A DNA stretch of 64,000 nucleotides from the human T2T-CHM13v2.0 reference genome, Homo sapiens. Positions 14,197 to 28,209 of the stretch are shown one piece after another. The notes under the pieces are model-generated. The model made no database searches and was not told the origin of the DNA. It saw only the letters and a list, made by a program, of their open reading frames with translations. Every line of letters starts with the position of its first letter. Positions within the stretch are counted from its first letter, which is position 1. Both the position numbers and the translations under genes were made by a program. The stretch lies in the NCBI RefSeq assembly GCF_009914755.1, contig NC_060928.1; one strand, written 5' to 3'.

Positions 14197-14357
14197 GTAT
14201 TTTATCTCTCCTTTCATCCTTTTTAGTCTTTCTAAGATTATGAGACTTTTCTATATTACATTCAAGGTCATGTTTTTATTTGGCAAGATTGTGGTTTCAG
14301 AATGAGGAAAAGCTGTGGGGACCAAAGCTAACTTGTTTGTCTTACTGACTTTTTCAG

Positions 14358-14402
14358 GGCCATGTTGGAATTGTCCTTGCTCACATGCTGCCATCATGTC
14401 AG
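14358..14402 (+). CDS. GSTCD: GSTCD coding exon: GHVGIVLAHMLPSCQ
   Basis: ttttcag acceptor and CAG|gtaaag donor; 45 nt, in frame with the previous exon across a 161-nt intron. Confidence 0.95.
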
Positions 14403-16180
14403 GTAAAGCCAGAATAAGAGATAAAAGGAAATATTTTAAAATTATACAGTTCAGCTAGCCAAATTTGGTTTATCCCGCTCTTGGAGTTTCTAGTCACTCA
14501 CCCAAGTCAAATATGTGGCACAGGCATTGTCTTTTCTTTGAAATAAACTTTCAAGACTCAGAATCTTAAGGAAAAAAAAGTAAAGTAAGATCATAAAACA
14601 TTTATCAATTTTTAAAAGAGGTTTATAGGTTTAAGTAATTTTTCAAAGAAGTAGCTATTTTATTGCTAAATAAAATAATTATGATTCAACTAGTTTAATT
14701 TTCAATATAATTTTAAATGGAAATATTGACCTCTGAAACTTGCTGAGCATATTCTTTTGGTATCTTGATTTTGATCCATTGCATCAAAATTATAACAATA
14801 GCAAAATTTTTTAAAGCAAAAAAAAAAAAAACCCAAAACCTACCATACTGATCCATCAAATGCTTTGCTTTTCTTGTTCTCATTAAGTCACTGTCCATAG
14901 GGATGCTAATTGTTGCAAATTTTAAAAATGCAAACACAATGTATCCCTTGCTTTCACTCAATATTGTATCATAAATGTTTTTCCCTATTGCTAATAGTTT
15001 TACGTATCATCATATTTCGGAGACTACCAAATATATTTTCAAGTAAATATATCAGAATGTATTCAATCATTGCCACAATTTGTTAGAATTTTGTGCTGAT
15101 TTTAGTCTTCTGCCATGTTAAATCAGTTCCTCACTGTGACCACTTCTTAGCATAAAATTCTGTTTGTTTTTGTTTTGTTTTTAATACAAACTCAACTGCA
15201 ACAGAGTCTTTGCTTGTGAGCTCTCTGGAAGGTGTGAACTAGTTATAGTGAATACTTGCGGAAGAAAAAAAAATGTGGAAGAACTAATAGACTGGCCAGA
15301 ATAACATGTAACAGAATGATGACGAGGGGACAGGGAATAGCATTCTTTTATTTTTCTTTTCTTAGAGAATAAACAGGAAAATAAATAAGGAATCCTGGGA
15401 GAAGAGGCAGTTGTTTGTTTTATTATTAAGTAAAGCAATAATTTTGTGATTGAGTAGGAGGAAGAGAGCTCACAGAGTAAAATTCTGAGAAGCAGAGTCA
15501 GGGATGTAATATTTTTTCTTCCCTTATTAATATTTCTGGAAGTTTAGAAAGGTTGAAACCAAAAATGAGTAATCTTGTCTAGAATAAAGTCAGGAAAGCC
15601 TTTCACACCAAGTATAGTCTAACAGGTTTTTCAAACGGATTTTTTCTTACAGACAAGCATAAGAACAAAATAAGAACTAGGAATGATAGTGATGAAAGTG
15701 ACTTAATTCTTTTCATTTTTTTCCATTCAAACCATCTTCTCTGCCTAGATTATCACTGGAGTCTCCTAACTGGTTTCTCTGCCCTCTGGCCTTGTTGCCA
15801 CCAATCCATACCATACATTACAGACTACTAAAACTTCTTTTATCATAATTGCATGATCTGGTTTCAGTTTACCTCTCCAGCCTCATTTTCACCCTTTACA
15901 CCCTGTCCCCCCATCACTACTATCACCATGACACACATTGTGCCCTGGAAATTGCGTACCAATTTTCTCAGTTCTTCAAACATGCCATATTCTTTCTCAT
16001 CTTGGGCCTTCATGTGTTTCTCTCCCTAAAATACCCTTCCATTCCCCCCAAACCGATTTGTATTCATTTTTTAGGCCTCAGTTAATATGTTACTTCCCCA
16101 TGAAAATAGTCATCAAGTTTGAATGCTCCCATTAACATTGTTTGTCTTTCATTTAACGCTTATCACACTGTATTATTATT

Positions 16181-16659
<479 letters not shown>

Positions 16660-16798
16660 TGACATACTTCCTGCCACAGAATAGAGGCTCAATATAATAC
16701 GTTCTACATTATTAAAGCTATGAAATATAGTGATAATGCTTTGCCTAATGTCTGAATTATGTTACTAAATATACTATTGTTTTCTGGGTAAAATCTAG

Positions 16799-16927
16799 GT
16801 TACATTAATAGAAAACAAGGAATTATCATTAATTCGTGCTAAGAAGAGAAGTGATGAACTGGGTTTAAGCAACATTTGGTTCATTCAAGCAAATATGGAA
16901 TATTTTACTGGGATGTTTAATATTGGA
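16799..16927 (+). CDS. GSTCD: GSTCD coding exon: VTLIENKELSLIRAKKRSDELGLSNIWFIQANMEYFTGMFNIG
   Basis: aaatctag acceptor and GGA|gtaagt donor; 129 nt open. Contains the post-I acidic residue (LIEN). Confidence 0.95.
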
Positions 16928-19587
16928 GTAAGTAATCAAGTAATTTCAATTTCTTTAATTAGCTAAATAAGAAAAATTACATGCCTTAGAGTAAATAAAA
17001 AAGATAATTTTGTGTTCTTTGCCAAACAAATTTATAATTTTGTATACTTATATTATCTATGAAATATAGCATATTAATGAATATTATTATATTCATAGCA
17101 CTTCATCATTACATAACAGAGATAACATTGGCTCCTCTATCAGACCAGAACTTTATTTTCTTCACTACAGAATCCCCAGTAGCAAGTGCTGAAAACTGGT
17201 TAATAATTGAATAATTGATTCTGATGAACATGACTTGCCTTGGTTTATTCTGCATTTTTAGAAGACAATGAAGGAAAAGAAAAAAGAAGAAAAGAAAATA
17301 ACTTGTTAGTAATCTCTAAATACAAGCATTGCCTTGTGATTTTTTTTAGCTAAGATTTTATATTTACATGTATTTTCAGGTTCCAAGAGAGAAAGTATAT
17401 TGATCATGTTTCTAAACCTTTGGATCAAATTGTTATTATTTGATATTATGAAAAATCCCTAAGATATGTAATTCTGCCTGATCATTAAACCCCAGGGTTT
17501 TATTATTTTTTGTAGACTTTGAGTTTTATGAACATGTTAGTGTTGCTACTATTTCTTATATTTGCTTTAAATAATTTTTTTTCTGATTTTGATAGGAATA
17601 TACATTTTGATAGTAATACAGAAAAATACATAGTAATATAAAGAAGAAATAACCTATATGCCTACTATCAAGTGATAAATACTATCAAAAATCTTTAGTT
17701 TTTTATATTTATGCACGCATATAAATGCATATTTTACACATATGTGAACATTGTTAAGACCATACTACATAGATCCTGCATTGACTGAATACTGTTAAAA
17801 ATCTTTTACCTACTTTTTAATCATACTTTTTTTTCTCATTGTTATAATGCAATTATTACTATGATGGATATTTTATGCATCCTTTAAGAATTTTGATGCA
17901 TTTGCCAAACCACTTTCCAGGAAGGTTCTTACTGACATCCTTTCTAATTACATATGTTCATATAAACATGTGGTTGTCTAGGTAGAACTTTTATCAACTT
18001 AACTAATTCAGACCTTTTATAGTATTTCTGATTTTTACCCAGTGAAATTTATTTCTTAAATATTGACTACTGCAAATTTGGGGGTTTATTGTAATTTTTT
18101 TCCAACCTAAAAAATATGCTATTCGTTTCCTTTGCAGACACGATCTACAGTTTACTTCTCTTTTTATAAGCCTGGCTGTTAATAAGGAAATTCAGGAAAA
18201 TGTAGACATGTAATCTAGAAAATTCAAATTAAAAAATACCTGTGCAGCTTTAACTTTACATAAATGTTGAGGTAAAGTTTAGCGCTTCTCCCATGAAACA
18301 AGCCATTAAACCAGTCCAGATATTACCAGTACACCAGACAGAATGGTAGCAAGTAAATGTGGACTGCTACCCATTTATTTACCTCACAAAGCATGGAATT
18401 TCCAGCCTATGTCTGTTCCATCCGTCTCTTGGCCCTTCATGACTTATAGATGCTAAATCACTCTAGCATATTCTTGTAACTTCCAAGTGTATAATTTACT
18501 AATGCCAACTAAAAATGTATATATCTCTTTGGAAGTGAAATTTTTCTCTACATTTTGTAATACATCTATAATGACTTTTTTTCCTTTCATAATTACCCTT
18601 GTCAAGGTGTATAGAAAATGGATTAAAATTGCTTAGAAGGTTAAATTAAAAGTAGATTCACTCTGAAGAGAATAATTTGCCTAGGAGAGTAATTGAGATA
18701 TTGTCACTAGGTAAATTAGACTAAATGCATCAGAGGTTCTAACTCCTGTGTTAAATGTGTTCCAGTATACACACAAAAAAATTTAAAAAATATTGTGGCT
18801 AGAGAGGAAAGCAGAATAACCAGATATTGGAAATGCATTAAAACTGCATAAATTCATGGTTTTGTGACATTTCAATAAGGGCTTAGTTAGCATTTATCTT
18901 TGCTTAGTAAATGCTTTATTTTTTTCATTTACTATTTTTCTTTAGATATAAAAATTAATAGTATAAACAAGATTTTAATGAAAGAATTTTAAAAGACTTA
19001 GAAACAACTAAGTCTTTTTAAATTATTAAATTTTATAATATGTGTATTAATACCCATGCTCTCAAACAATATTACAAATATTTATTTGCAAATAGTATTA
19101 CATAAAGGGTCATGACTATGGAAAAATGCTCATTTTGCATTAAAAACAAAAACCGTATCAAGGCTAAACAGCCTGCCACCAACATGTTTAGTTGGAAAAT
19201 TTCAACAATAACAAACAGTCATTTCAACCAGATGATAAGGTACTGATTTCTAACAGTATTGGCGAATCCTTTCTGTTCATCAACATGTATATGAAAATCT
19301 CAAAACAGTTTTATTTTCTAGTTATTGGTATTTGCTTTTTGCTATTTTGCCCACAACATAATTTTTAATTATTGTTTATCACTCATAAGTGCTGACTAGT
19401 TAATTATAAGCTCATTTCTATTTATGTATGTATGTTAGTGTACAATTAAAAGAAGCATGTGTAATTATAGACTGTAATTCAGTAACATTTTTGATGAGTA
19501 ATTATATAATCCTTGTTTTAAAAGATAAGGACCTTGAGAAATTATATATTCTGCAGGCACGCTTTTTAAAAATCATTAAGGCAAAAT

Positions 19588-22290
19588 AGGGGACTTCTGA
19601 GATGAAAATAGCAGATAGAGGTATTTCAACCCCGCTTCTCCCCAAAAAAGTTCAGATCCCCAAATAACAAGAACAAGAATCAGAAAAATCAAACTCTATG
19701 ATGAAGCTATATTCAACATTCTGTAACTTGAATCACAATATGAAGTGTGAAGGTGAAAAGCAGATTGAAGAAAAATGATAAGTTATTGAGTAGAGGAGAA
19801 GGAAGATAAAATTTAAATGCATGCCAGGCAGAGTGGCAAGAAGGCTATCAGGACACAAACCACTTTGCTCCCACAGAATCCCAGAAAAGTTTGGGAATTC
19901 AGAGCATCAGAAACCTCAGAGGAAATGAATAGGGAGGGACTGAAATCGTGTTTAATTAAAAATATTATTTAGAGACAAGATTCCTGCTCTCGTCTTGTGT
20001 AAACAAGAAACTACCTCTCCCCAACTCCTAAGAGAGACAGGAAGTTTATTCTGTAGAAGAAACTGAACCAGAGAGGCACCAAGTATAGAGATATCAGGCA
20101 TAGAGAAGGGCAATGGTGATGTGCCATACCAAGAATAAGAACTAAATGAGAATCTGCATACTGAAGGATAGATCTCTTCCCTACCCATCTGCCTTCTAAT
20201 TCCAGAACCACAGAAACCAGGATCATTTCCACAATCATGAGAATTAAAAGATTCTTCTCTGTAGAAGCAGAACTGTCCCCAGAGAAAAGAACTACAGATA
20301 CTACAGCTATAATTAAAAAAAAAAAAAAAAAAAAGAAAGGCACCTATCCAGGCTTTTTGATCACCCAATCACTGGTGAAGCCCACCAGTTTTCAAAGCCT
20401 TACTCTTTCATTCAGAATTTCCAATCAACTTTTTAGTGGTTTACTCTTTAATATGAACAGCTAAAGGAATACCAAACATGGAAAACTTCCAAAATGGAAG
20501 ATAGAGACCTGTATTAGTCTGTTCTCACACTGCTAATAAAGACATACCCAAGACTGGGTAATTTATAAAGAAAAGAGGTTTAATTGATTCACAGTTCCAC
20601 ATGGCTAGGGAGGCCTCACAATCATGGAGGAAGGCGAATGAGGAGCAAAGTCACATCTTACATGGTGGCAGGCAAGAGTGTGTGCAGGGAAACTCCCCTT
20701 TATAAAACGATCAGATTTCATGGGACTTATTCACTATCATGAGAACAGCATGGGAAAGACCCACCCCCATCATACAGTTACCTCCCACTGGGTCCCTTCC
20801 ATGACATGTGGGAAATATGGGAGCTACAATTCAAGATGAGATTTGGGTAGGGACATAGTCAAACCATATCAAGACCAAAGCAACAAACATAATCAAGGGT
20901 CTTAGGGAGAGACTAAAGAAGATAATACATTAGTGAAACAAGGATATAATAGAAAAAGAGGGAACGATCAGAGAACAAGAAAGGACGTCTTGAAAAATAA
21001 AAATGTTAGCCAAAATTGAAAACAAATTAAAAATTAAGAGATAAAGTATTTTTTTAAAGAAGTATAGGATACCACTTGAAAAAAATAGAACTTAAAAAAA
21101 AGAAAAAGAAAAATGAAACTGGAAAGAAGCAAATTTTTTAAATTAGAGATTTAGTCCAGGAATCAAATACCTCAGTAATAGCAGGACCAGAAAAAGAAAA
21201 CTGGTAAATCGTGGGGAGGAAAACATCAAAGAAAATACAGGAAAATGTGTTAATAATTAAGAATGCATTTCTTTTGATAAAGTTAACTTACAAAATGGCC
21301 TAAGCCAAGGCACCTTGTGAAATTTCAGAACACCAAGGGTGAACAGATTTTCCCAACTGTTTCCACAGAGGGAAAAAAAAATAGTGATATACCATAATTT
21401 AGAATCAAAATGCTATCACACTTCTTAATAGTAGTGTGGAAGGCTCAGTGACAGTGAAACAATATCTCGAAAATTCTAACAGAAAACTTCTAATCTAAAA
21501 TTCTATACCTAGCTAATCCATCAGTCTAGTAAAAAAAAGTAAAATAAAGAAAAATTCGACAGTCAAGGTCTCAATAAAATGTACATTGTACATACCCCTT
21601 TTCAGCAAGCTACTAGATAATGTGCTTCATTAAAATATAAAGTAAATAAGAAAAAGGATTAAGTGGTATCCAATACAAGAGAAAAATTTTTAGTATCATG
21701 GGAGAGGGAAGTCTTAGGGCAAGAGCTGGGCAACAGGCCTAGAAAGCATTGAGTCCATATTTTAGTAAAACGTCAGAAAGCCCAGGAAAGATGTCTCTAG
21801 GAAAGAAAAAATGGAGCTGACCAATTATTTGAAAGTTTTCAAACAGTGGAAATTTATATTGTAGAGCATTTTACAGAGCTTTTGGGTAGGGAACAACTTG
21901 GATGTTAAAAAAACAAGCAGAAACCCTGATATCCAGCACACTTCCCTCGGCAGTGAACAGTATATACAAAACCATGAGAAAAGATGGAAAAAGGGAAGAT
22001 AGTGTATAAATGTGCAAAAAAAAGGCCAAAAGCTCTTCTCTCCTAGTAGAAAGATAATAAATAATGTCTAATATTTACAAATCAAGAGATATCAATATAC
22101 GTTCATCATATAGAAAAACAGATTTTCAGGAAGTAAACCAATGAGTTGAACAGCATTGACTTTGGTACACAGATTTTCTTTCAGTGGTGTGGCAGTGTGT
22201 ACAAAACAGGGACTTTTAATATAATTGCATACCTTTTAGCATTATTTGAATTTTAAAGCTGATTACCTATAATATTGTTGTATGAAAGTT
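19588..22290 (+). mobile_element. HAL1 (half-L1, ORF1-only LINE), close to full length and decayed
   Basis: L1M-like 5' end (ggggacttc...aaaatagcaga) and a decayed ORF1 C-terminus (aaaattctatacctagc). This runs directly into a HAL1-type 3' segment (gagctgggcaacaggcctagaaagca) with no ORF2. Confidence 0.65.
20510..20871 (-). mobile_element. THE1 (THE1B/C) solo LTR nested in HAL1
   Basis: 362 bp, tgtattagtc...ccatatca, with a perfect 5-bp TSD agacc at 20505-20509 and 20872-20876. Confidence 0.92.
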
Positions 22291-22869
22291 TTAAAAGAGG
22301 GGAAACAAGAGTACACAGGTGGGACTAGCCTGCTTCTCTGTCTAAGGTATCTAGAGTTAAGAATCCTTCTTCGAAAAGCAACACCGGAGAGAATGATTGG
22401 GCTGGGGCAAGTTTAGAGATCATTCAGTTCAACCTTCTCCTTTTACAGGTAGAGAATTTGAGGCTACAAGAAAGGAAGAGTGACCTAGCAAGTTAATGTG
22501 GGGGCTGGGTCTAGAAGTCCAGTCAGTGACTCTCTGTTTACTTCCATATCTAAAGAAAAGAGTAAATAGAGCATAGAGAACTAAAAAAAGAAGTTTGGTT
22601 TGGAGTCAGACACATTGAGATTAAATCTTGGCTCTTTGTTAAAAAAAATATTAACAATTATTTCTCTTACTTGGAGCAATATTGACCAATTTTTGTTTAA
22701 GAACTCTTTGCTTGTTTTTGTTTGTGTGTTCACATCTCTTGCTCATTTTACTCTCACTTTATTGGGCTTTTTCTTTCTTTTTAGAAGTTTGTTATATATT
22801 AAGAATATAAGCCTTTTGTTTGTGCTGTAAGTTGTCAATCCTTTCCCTACTTTGTCATTTGTCTTTTTA

Positions 22870-23092
<223 letters not shown>

Positions 23093-23659
23093 TTATTTTG
23101 TCAGATTTATTAACCTTACCCCTTATTGCACGTAGATTTTTAGCTTAGTTAGGAATTACTTCCCATTCCCCTTGGTTGTGCAGGAATTTACTCATATTTA
23201 TTGCATTTTAAATCTCTAATGCATTCAAAATTTATTTCCTATGTGTGATGAGAGGAAAAGATCTAATTTTTATTTTTTTATATGGCTGTCTGGTTAACCA
23301 AACATTACTTATTAAAAAGTCCATCTTTTCTCCCTGGTTTGAAATACCACCTTTATTGTATGATAAATTTCCATATCCAATGGTTTTTTTTTGGTCTATA
23401 TCTCTCATTATTTGCCTGTTATTTCTGAGTTTCATTTGATAACAGTGAAAACTAGGAGCATGTGATGCAGTAAAACCTTTTCGACCAAAAACCTATTATT
23501 AGTAGACAATTATTACATTATCTATAAACTATTGTATAGTTATTCAAGTTACTTATTTCATTTAAATGAAGGAAATAAACTCACTTTTTTGCATGTAGTG
23601 TAAGGAATGTGAACCTAAGTAAAGAGAGACTTATAAAAGTAAATTTTCTAAACTCTTTT

Positions 23660-23910
23660 TTGCTCAGAGCCTGAAGAGGGTTTTGTAGAGAAGCCGCCTG
23701 ATACATGGGGTCAGGCTTTGAGGTCAGCATCCTGCCCCTCAGTAGCTGTTTTGTTGTGGGCAAGTTCTTAATTTCCCAAGACTTCATTTCCTCGCATCTA
23801 AATTGGAGATAATAAAGTCTTTCAGGGATGTTGTGAGCATAGTTCTGAGTGCCATCACCCAGCACAGCATAGTGCCAGCACATAAACACTCAGTAAATGT
23901 CAGTTTGCTT
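23660..23910 (+). mobile_element. MIR SINE
   Basis: tgggcaagttcttaat...tttcctcgcatctaaattggagataataa...cactcagtaaatg. Confidence 0.7.
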
Positions 23911-24305
23911 TCCCTCCAGGGGAAGATGTGTCTATAATTTTTACTATGAAATTTTCTCCAACTAGTCATGAAAATAAGGATTAGCCTGTTTTTTACTCTG
24001 AAAAGCTGACTAAAAGAAGCAGATGAGAAATCAAGGTTATTTACTTTCCCATTCCCTGTAGTTGTTGCTGCCTTTACTGGATACCAGCCTTCCTAGGCTG
24101 TTTTCAGAGTGAAACAAGAAAGGTGGGATGACAGCAACATGGAGATTGTTGACTTCTATGTGGCTCATGTAAGTCTAGAAGGAGGAGGAGGAATTCAGGA
24201 GGAGGATTAAGAACAGAGATCTTGCTTTCCTCTTCCTGATAGAGTATTGTTTGTATTGTTTTTAGCTTTCCAGTTCAAAGGGGGCATCTGGTTTATAATA
24301 TTTTA

Positions 24306-24652
<347 letters not shown>

Positions 24653-25587
24653 CTACCCTGAAGTTGGTGAGGGAAGATTATAATTCATTACAATTTATGT
24701 TTGTTCAGAATGAAATGGAGATGTGAGGGGTTTTTTTGGTGTTTTTTGTCAAAATCCAGTACAGGTTATTCATCTTTTAGAATCCCCACATCTGATTTTC
24801 ACTGAGAGTCCTATTTAGGCTTTATTTGGCCTAAGAATTTTCATAATTATCTCATTTGTAGTAAGATTATAGTAAGTATAGATATACTTAAGGATATGTG
24901 TTTTAAAAACACTTAAAAATCGTTTTGAGTTATTTTTATGAGTTATTGAAGCCCCACTCAGTATTCTAATTCATAATTTCATTCAATCCTTTTAAAATAA
25001 ACTCATTGAAAATAGTTCCTGTAACTCATCATTCAATGTTAAGGATTGTTATTATGTGAAAACATCTTAAAAGGGTACTACATGATATGATTCAGTTAGT
25101 TTTAATACAGCCCTGATTAGATTATGTTAATATGGCATTTGAGGAAGTGTTTTCAAATACATTTTTATTTAATTTTTGCAACAGCATTGTGACATGTCAT
25201 ATTGTTAACCATCATTTATAGTTGAAGAGATTAAGGCCCAAAGAAGCTAAATTTTAAGTGGCTCAGGGTTATATAGGCAACCAGAGTAATAGACTCGAAA
25301 TTCTTGTTTCGAATCTAGTGTTCCTGGAACGATGCTATAGTTTAGATAAACACTTGTGTTAATTTTTCCACACTAAAATTGCATCAAATTTTCCGTTGAA
25401 TGAATCTTATGCTTTATTTGCAATATTCCATTTGCAACCTTTCAAACTTGCTTAGTTTTCATAATTAATTGATATGTGTAGCTAAGTGGTCCTTTGGTAT
25501 GGCCAAATGAGAACTATTTAAAAGGCATAAAAATTGCACTGTGAGTTAAGAGGGAACTTAGTGCTAAGGCCTGGTTTTATTTTGTAG

Positions 25588-25721
25588 GTAGCATTGCATG
25601 CTTGTGGAGTGGCAACAGACATGGTGATTGAGCACTGTATCAAAACACGGGCTTCCTTCGTCACATGCCCTTGCTGTTATGGTTTCATTCAGAACACCTC
25701 AAAGTTCAATTTTCCAAAAAG
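25588..25721 (+). CDS. GSTCD: GSTCD coding exon: VALHACGVATDMVIEHCIKTRASFVTCPCCYGFIQNTSKFNFPK(S)
   Basis: ttttgtag acceptor and AAG|gtgaga donor; 134 nt, phase 0 to 2. Contains the LHACG and PCCY motifs. Confidence 0.95.
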
Positions 25722-26029
25722 GTGAGAAATTCAGTGTTCTACATAAGACACCAACATGGGTATAAGCCAGGACACAAAACTTGTTTGATATAAAGTTGCA
25801 ATGACTTAATTTTTGGCTCATTTCTTCTTTCCACAATGCCAAATATTGTTTGTAAATTGTATAAGGAAGAGAAGAACTCCTTTATGTTTGTCCCTGATTT
25901 TTCCCCTGGATCCAGTTTTTACTGAAATTTAGAAGCAAGGCTATCCAGGAGACAGGCAACTAGAAGTCTATTGGCTTTAGCACTTCTCTCTGTATTTCCG
26001 AATAAATTTAAAACTGTAACCGTACATAA

Positions 26030-26275
26030 TGTCTATGAGAGGCAGTCAAGTATAGTAAAGTGTTTAGGACCTGGAAGTATAGTGCCTGGGGGAAAATACT
26101 AGCTCCTTATCATTTTATAAGGCAAATTACTTAAAATCTTTTTGCCTTAGTTTTCTTGTCTACAAAATGAGGGTTATGATAATAACTACCTCAAGGTTTT
26201 TGTGAAAATTTAATGATATGTGTAAAGCCTTTAGAAGTGGCAAGAATAAGTATTCAATAAATGTGAACTGTTGCT
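26030..26275 (+). mobile_element. MIR SINE
   Basis: ggcaaattacttaa...ttttcttgtctacaaaatgagg...tattcaataaatg. Confidence 0.65.
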
Positions 26276-26289
26276 AATAATGGTAGCAA

Positions 26290-27860
26290 TGTCACAGGAT
26301 CCTTGGGGCGTCGCTTTGCCAGCTGGATCCTCTGTGGTTGGTGGAGCGTTTGCCTGAGTTTTGCTTGGGCCCATTGGGCTCACTCCACTCACTCAGCCTG
26401 GCAGGCTGCTTTTGGCTTGCACTACCAGCACAGATCCCACACCTGCCAAGGGTGAGCCAGGTACAGAGTGGTGAGGGGTACATGAATGAGCAAGCACAGG
26501 GTCCGGCCACTTCACACAGCCAGGCATGCTGGCTGCTGTGGGGCAGGCATCTCCAGGCACCAGCTTGGGTGCTGGCTCCCTGCGAGGCTGCAGCTGGACC
26601 AGGTGTACTGCAAGCAGCTTCCACTGTGAGCACTAGGGAACACAGTGGCAACCAGAAGCTTGGAAACGCCAGGAGCCACAGAACCCCTCAGAGGGTATCA
26701 CAGCCCTGGCTCAGGGAGCTCCTATGACTGGGCTCCCTGAAGGGCCGCATCTCTTCTCTCCTTCTCTCTTCTCTCCTTCTCATGCTTGCAACATGGCGAG
26801 TGGGTGTATTTGGGGGCAGGGGGGCATGTGAGCCCTGTTTGTGTTATAACTCTTAGTCCTGCCATTTGGCAGGTCCTGAGTTCTTGTCCCAAATCGAGGA
26901 AGAATGAGGTATACAGACAATTGGAGGATGAGCAAGGCAAAGAGGTGCTTTATTGAGCAACAGTACAGCTCTCAGGAGATAAAGTGGGTAGCTCCTCTCC
27001 ACAGACAGTCATCCCAATGTCTGCTCAGCTCTCAGCCGAGAGGAGACCCACAGAGGGTAGCTTCTCTCCATAGGCAGGTCATCCCAATGTCTACTCAGCT
27101 CTCAGGTGGAAGGAGACCCGCAGTGGGTAGCTGCTGTCTTCAGGCAGGTCATCTCATCTCATCTCATCTCTGCAACCCTCAGCAGAGAAGAGATCCAGAG
27201 TGGGTAGCTTCTTTCCGCAGGCAGGTCATCCCAATATCTACTCAGCTCTCAGGTGGAAGGAGACCTGCAGTGGGTAGCTGCTGTCTTCAGGCAGGTCATC
27301 TCATCTCATCTCATCTCTGCAACCCTCAGCAAAGAAGAGATACAGAGTGGGTAGCTTCTCTCCGCAGGCAGGTCATCCATTGTCTGCCTAAGTCTGGCAG
27401 AGTCCGGGGTTTTTATGGACTCCAGAGGGAAGGAAGTGCATGCGATTGGTCCATGGGTGGCCATGGGTGGGCCTGGAAAAAGCACTCTAAGTTCTCACTT
27501 TGGTCCACGGAGCTGGCAGCCTGGACCCCAAGCTTCGGGCCATTTCTGGGTTGATGGTGGGGCTTCACCAGGGACCTGCCCCTTTCTACCTAGGAGCCTG
27601 TCTGCCTCCTGTTGCCATCAACCTGCCATCCATGGTGCCCATGGCACCCAGGCTGTTTGTGCCAAGGGGTGCCTGCAGGCCCATGTCAAGCTGCCCTCAG
27701 TACCCCCTTGGTGTCCATCTCATGCTCGTCAGTGCCCAAAGTCCAGAGGGGGCTGAGGCGGGGGTGGGGGCTGGCATGTCAGCACCACCTTGAGTGCACA
27801 CACAGCTGGCCAGGTCACCACAGTGCCTGGGCTCAGCCTCAACTTTTGGTGGCCTTTACA
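26290..27860 (-). mobile_element. MER52-family ERV1 solo LTR (GC-rich, ~1.57 kb)
   Basis: Abrupt GC-rich block running tgtcacaggatccttgggg...ctttaca. Internal ~70-bp repeats; on the minus strand AATAAA (tttatt ~26949) and CCAAT (attgg ~27445). Confidence 0.8.
27055..27378. repeat. 147-bp tandem repeat (~2.2 copies) built from ~70-bp subunits
   Basis: ggcaggtcatcc recurs at 27073, 27220 and 27367; the copies are nearly identical. Confidence 0.9.
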
Positions 27861-28209
27861 GTATGTTACTACCACTTCCTGTCTTTTTCACACCTATGTA
27901 GATTTACTGACATTTGTCCTCCCTTGTCCTTTGAACTGATATCTTTAGAAAGTTTCTTTGTGAATAAGACCTATCTCAATCACCAAAAATACAGTTGGGA
28001 ATTTATAAATAGCATACTGTTTCTATAGTACGTGGAAAGAAGTACTCTTTTCAAACAAACTAATTGGCACTAATAAATTTAGTATCAAATGTATAAGTCA
28101 ATGTTTTTGAATGACTTAAGAGTGAAGGTTATAGCATTAATAAAAGACAATGTTTATGGAATTGAATGTATGTTTATCTTTATTAGCTGTGACAACAGTG
28201 ATTTCCTGA

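Noticed and set aside
19952-20464. Overlapping 75-138 aa ORFs on both strands
   Set aside because: They are low-complexity translations across a poly(A) run inside the decayed HAL1 element.
26904-27554. 216-aa ORF with an internal 49-aa repeat; the repeat array superficially resembles CRISPR
   Set aside because: It lies within a GC-rich LTR and the peptide repeat comes from a 147-bp DNA duplication. There are no unique spacers or cas genes, and the DNA is primate.
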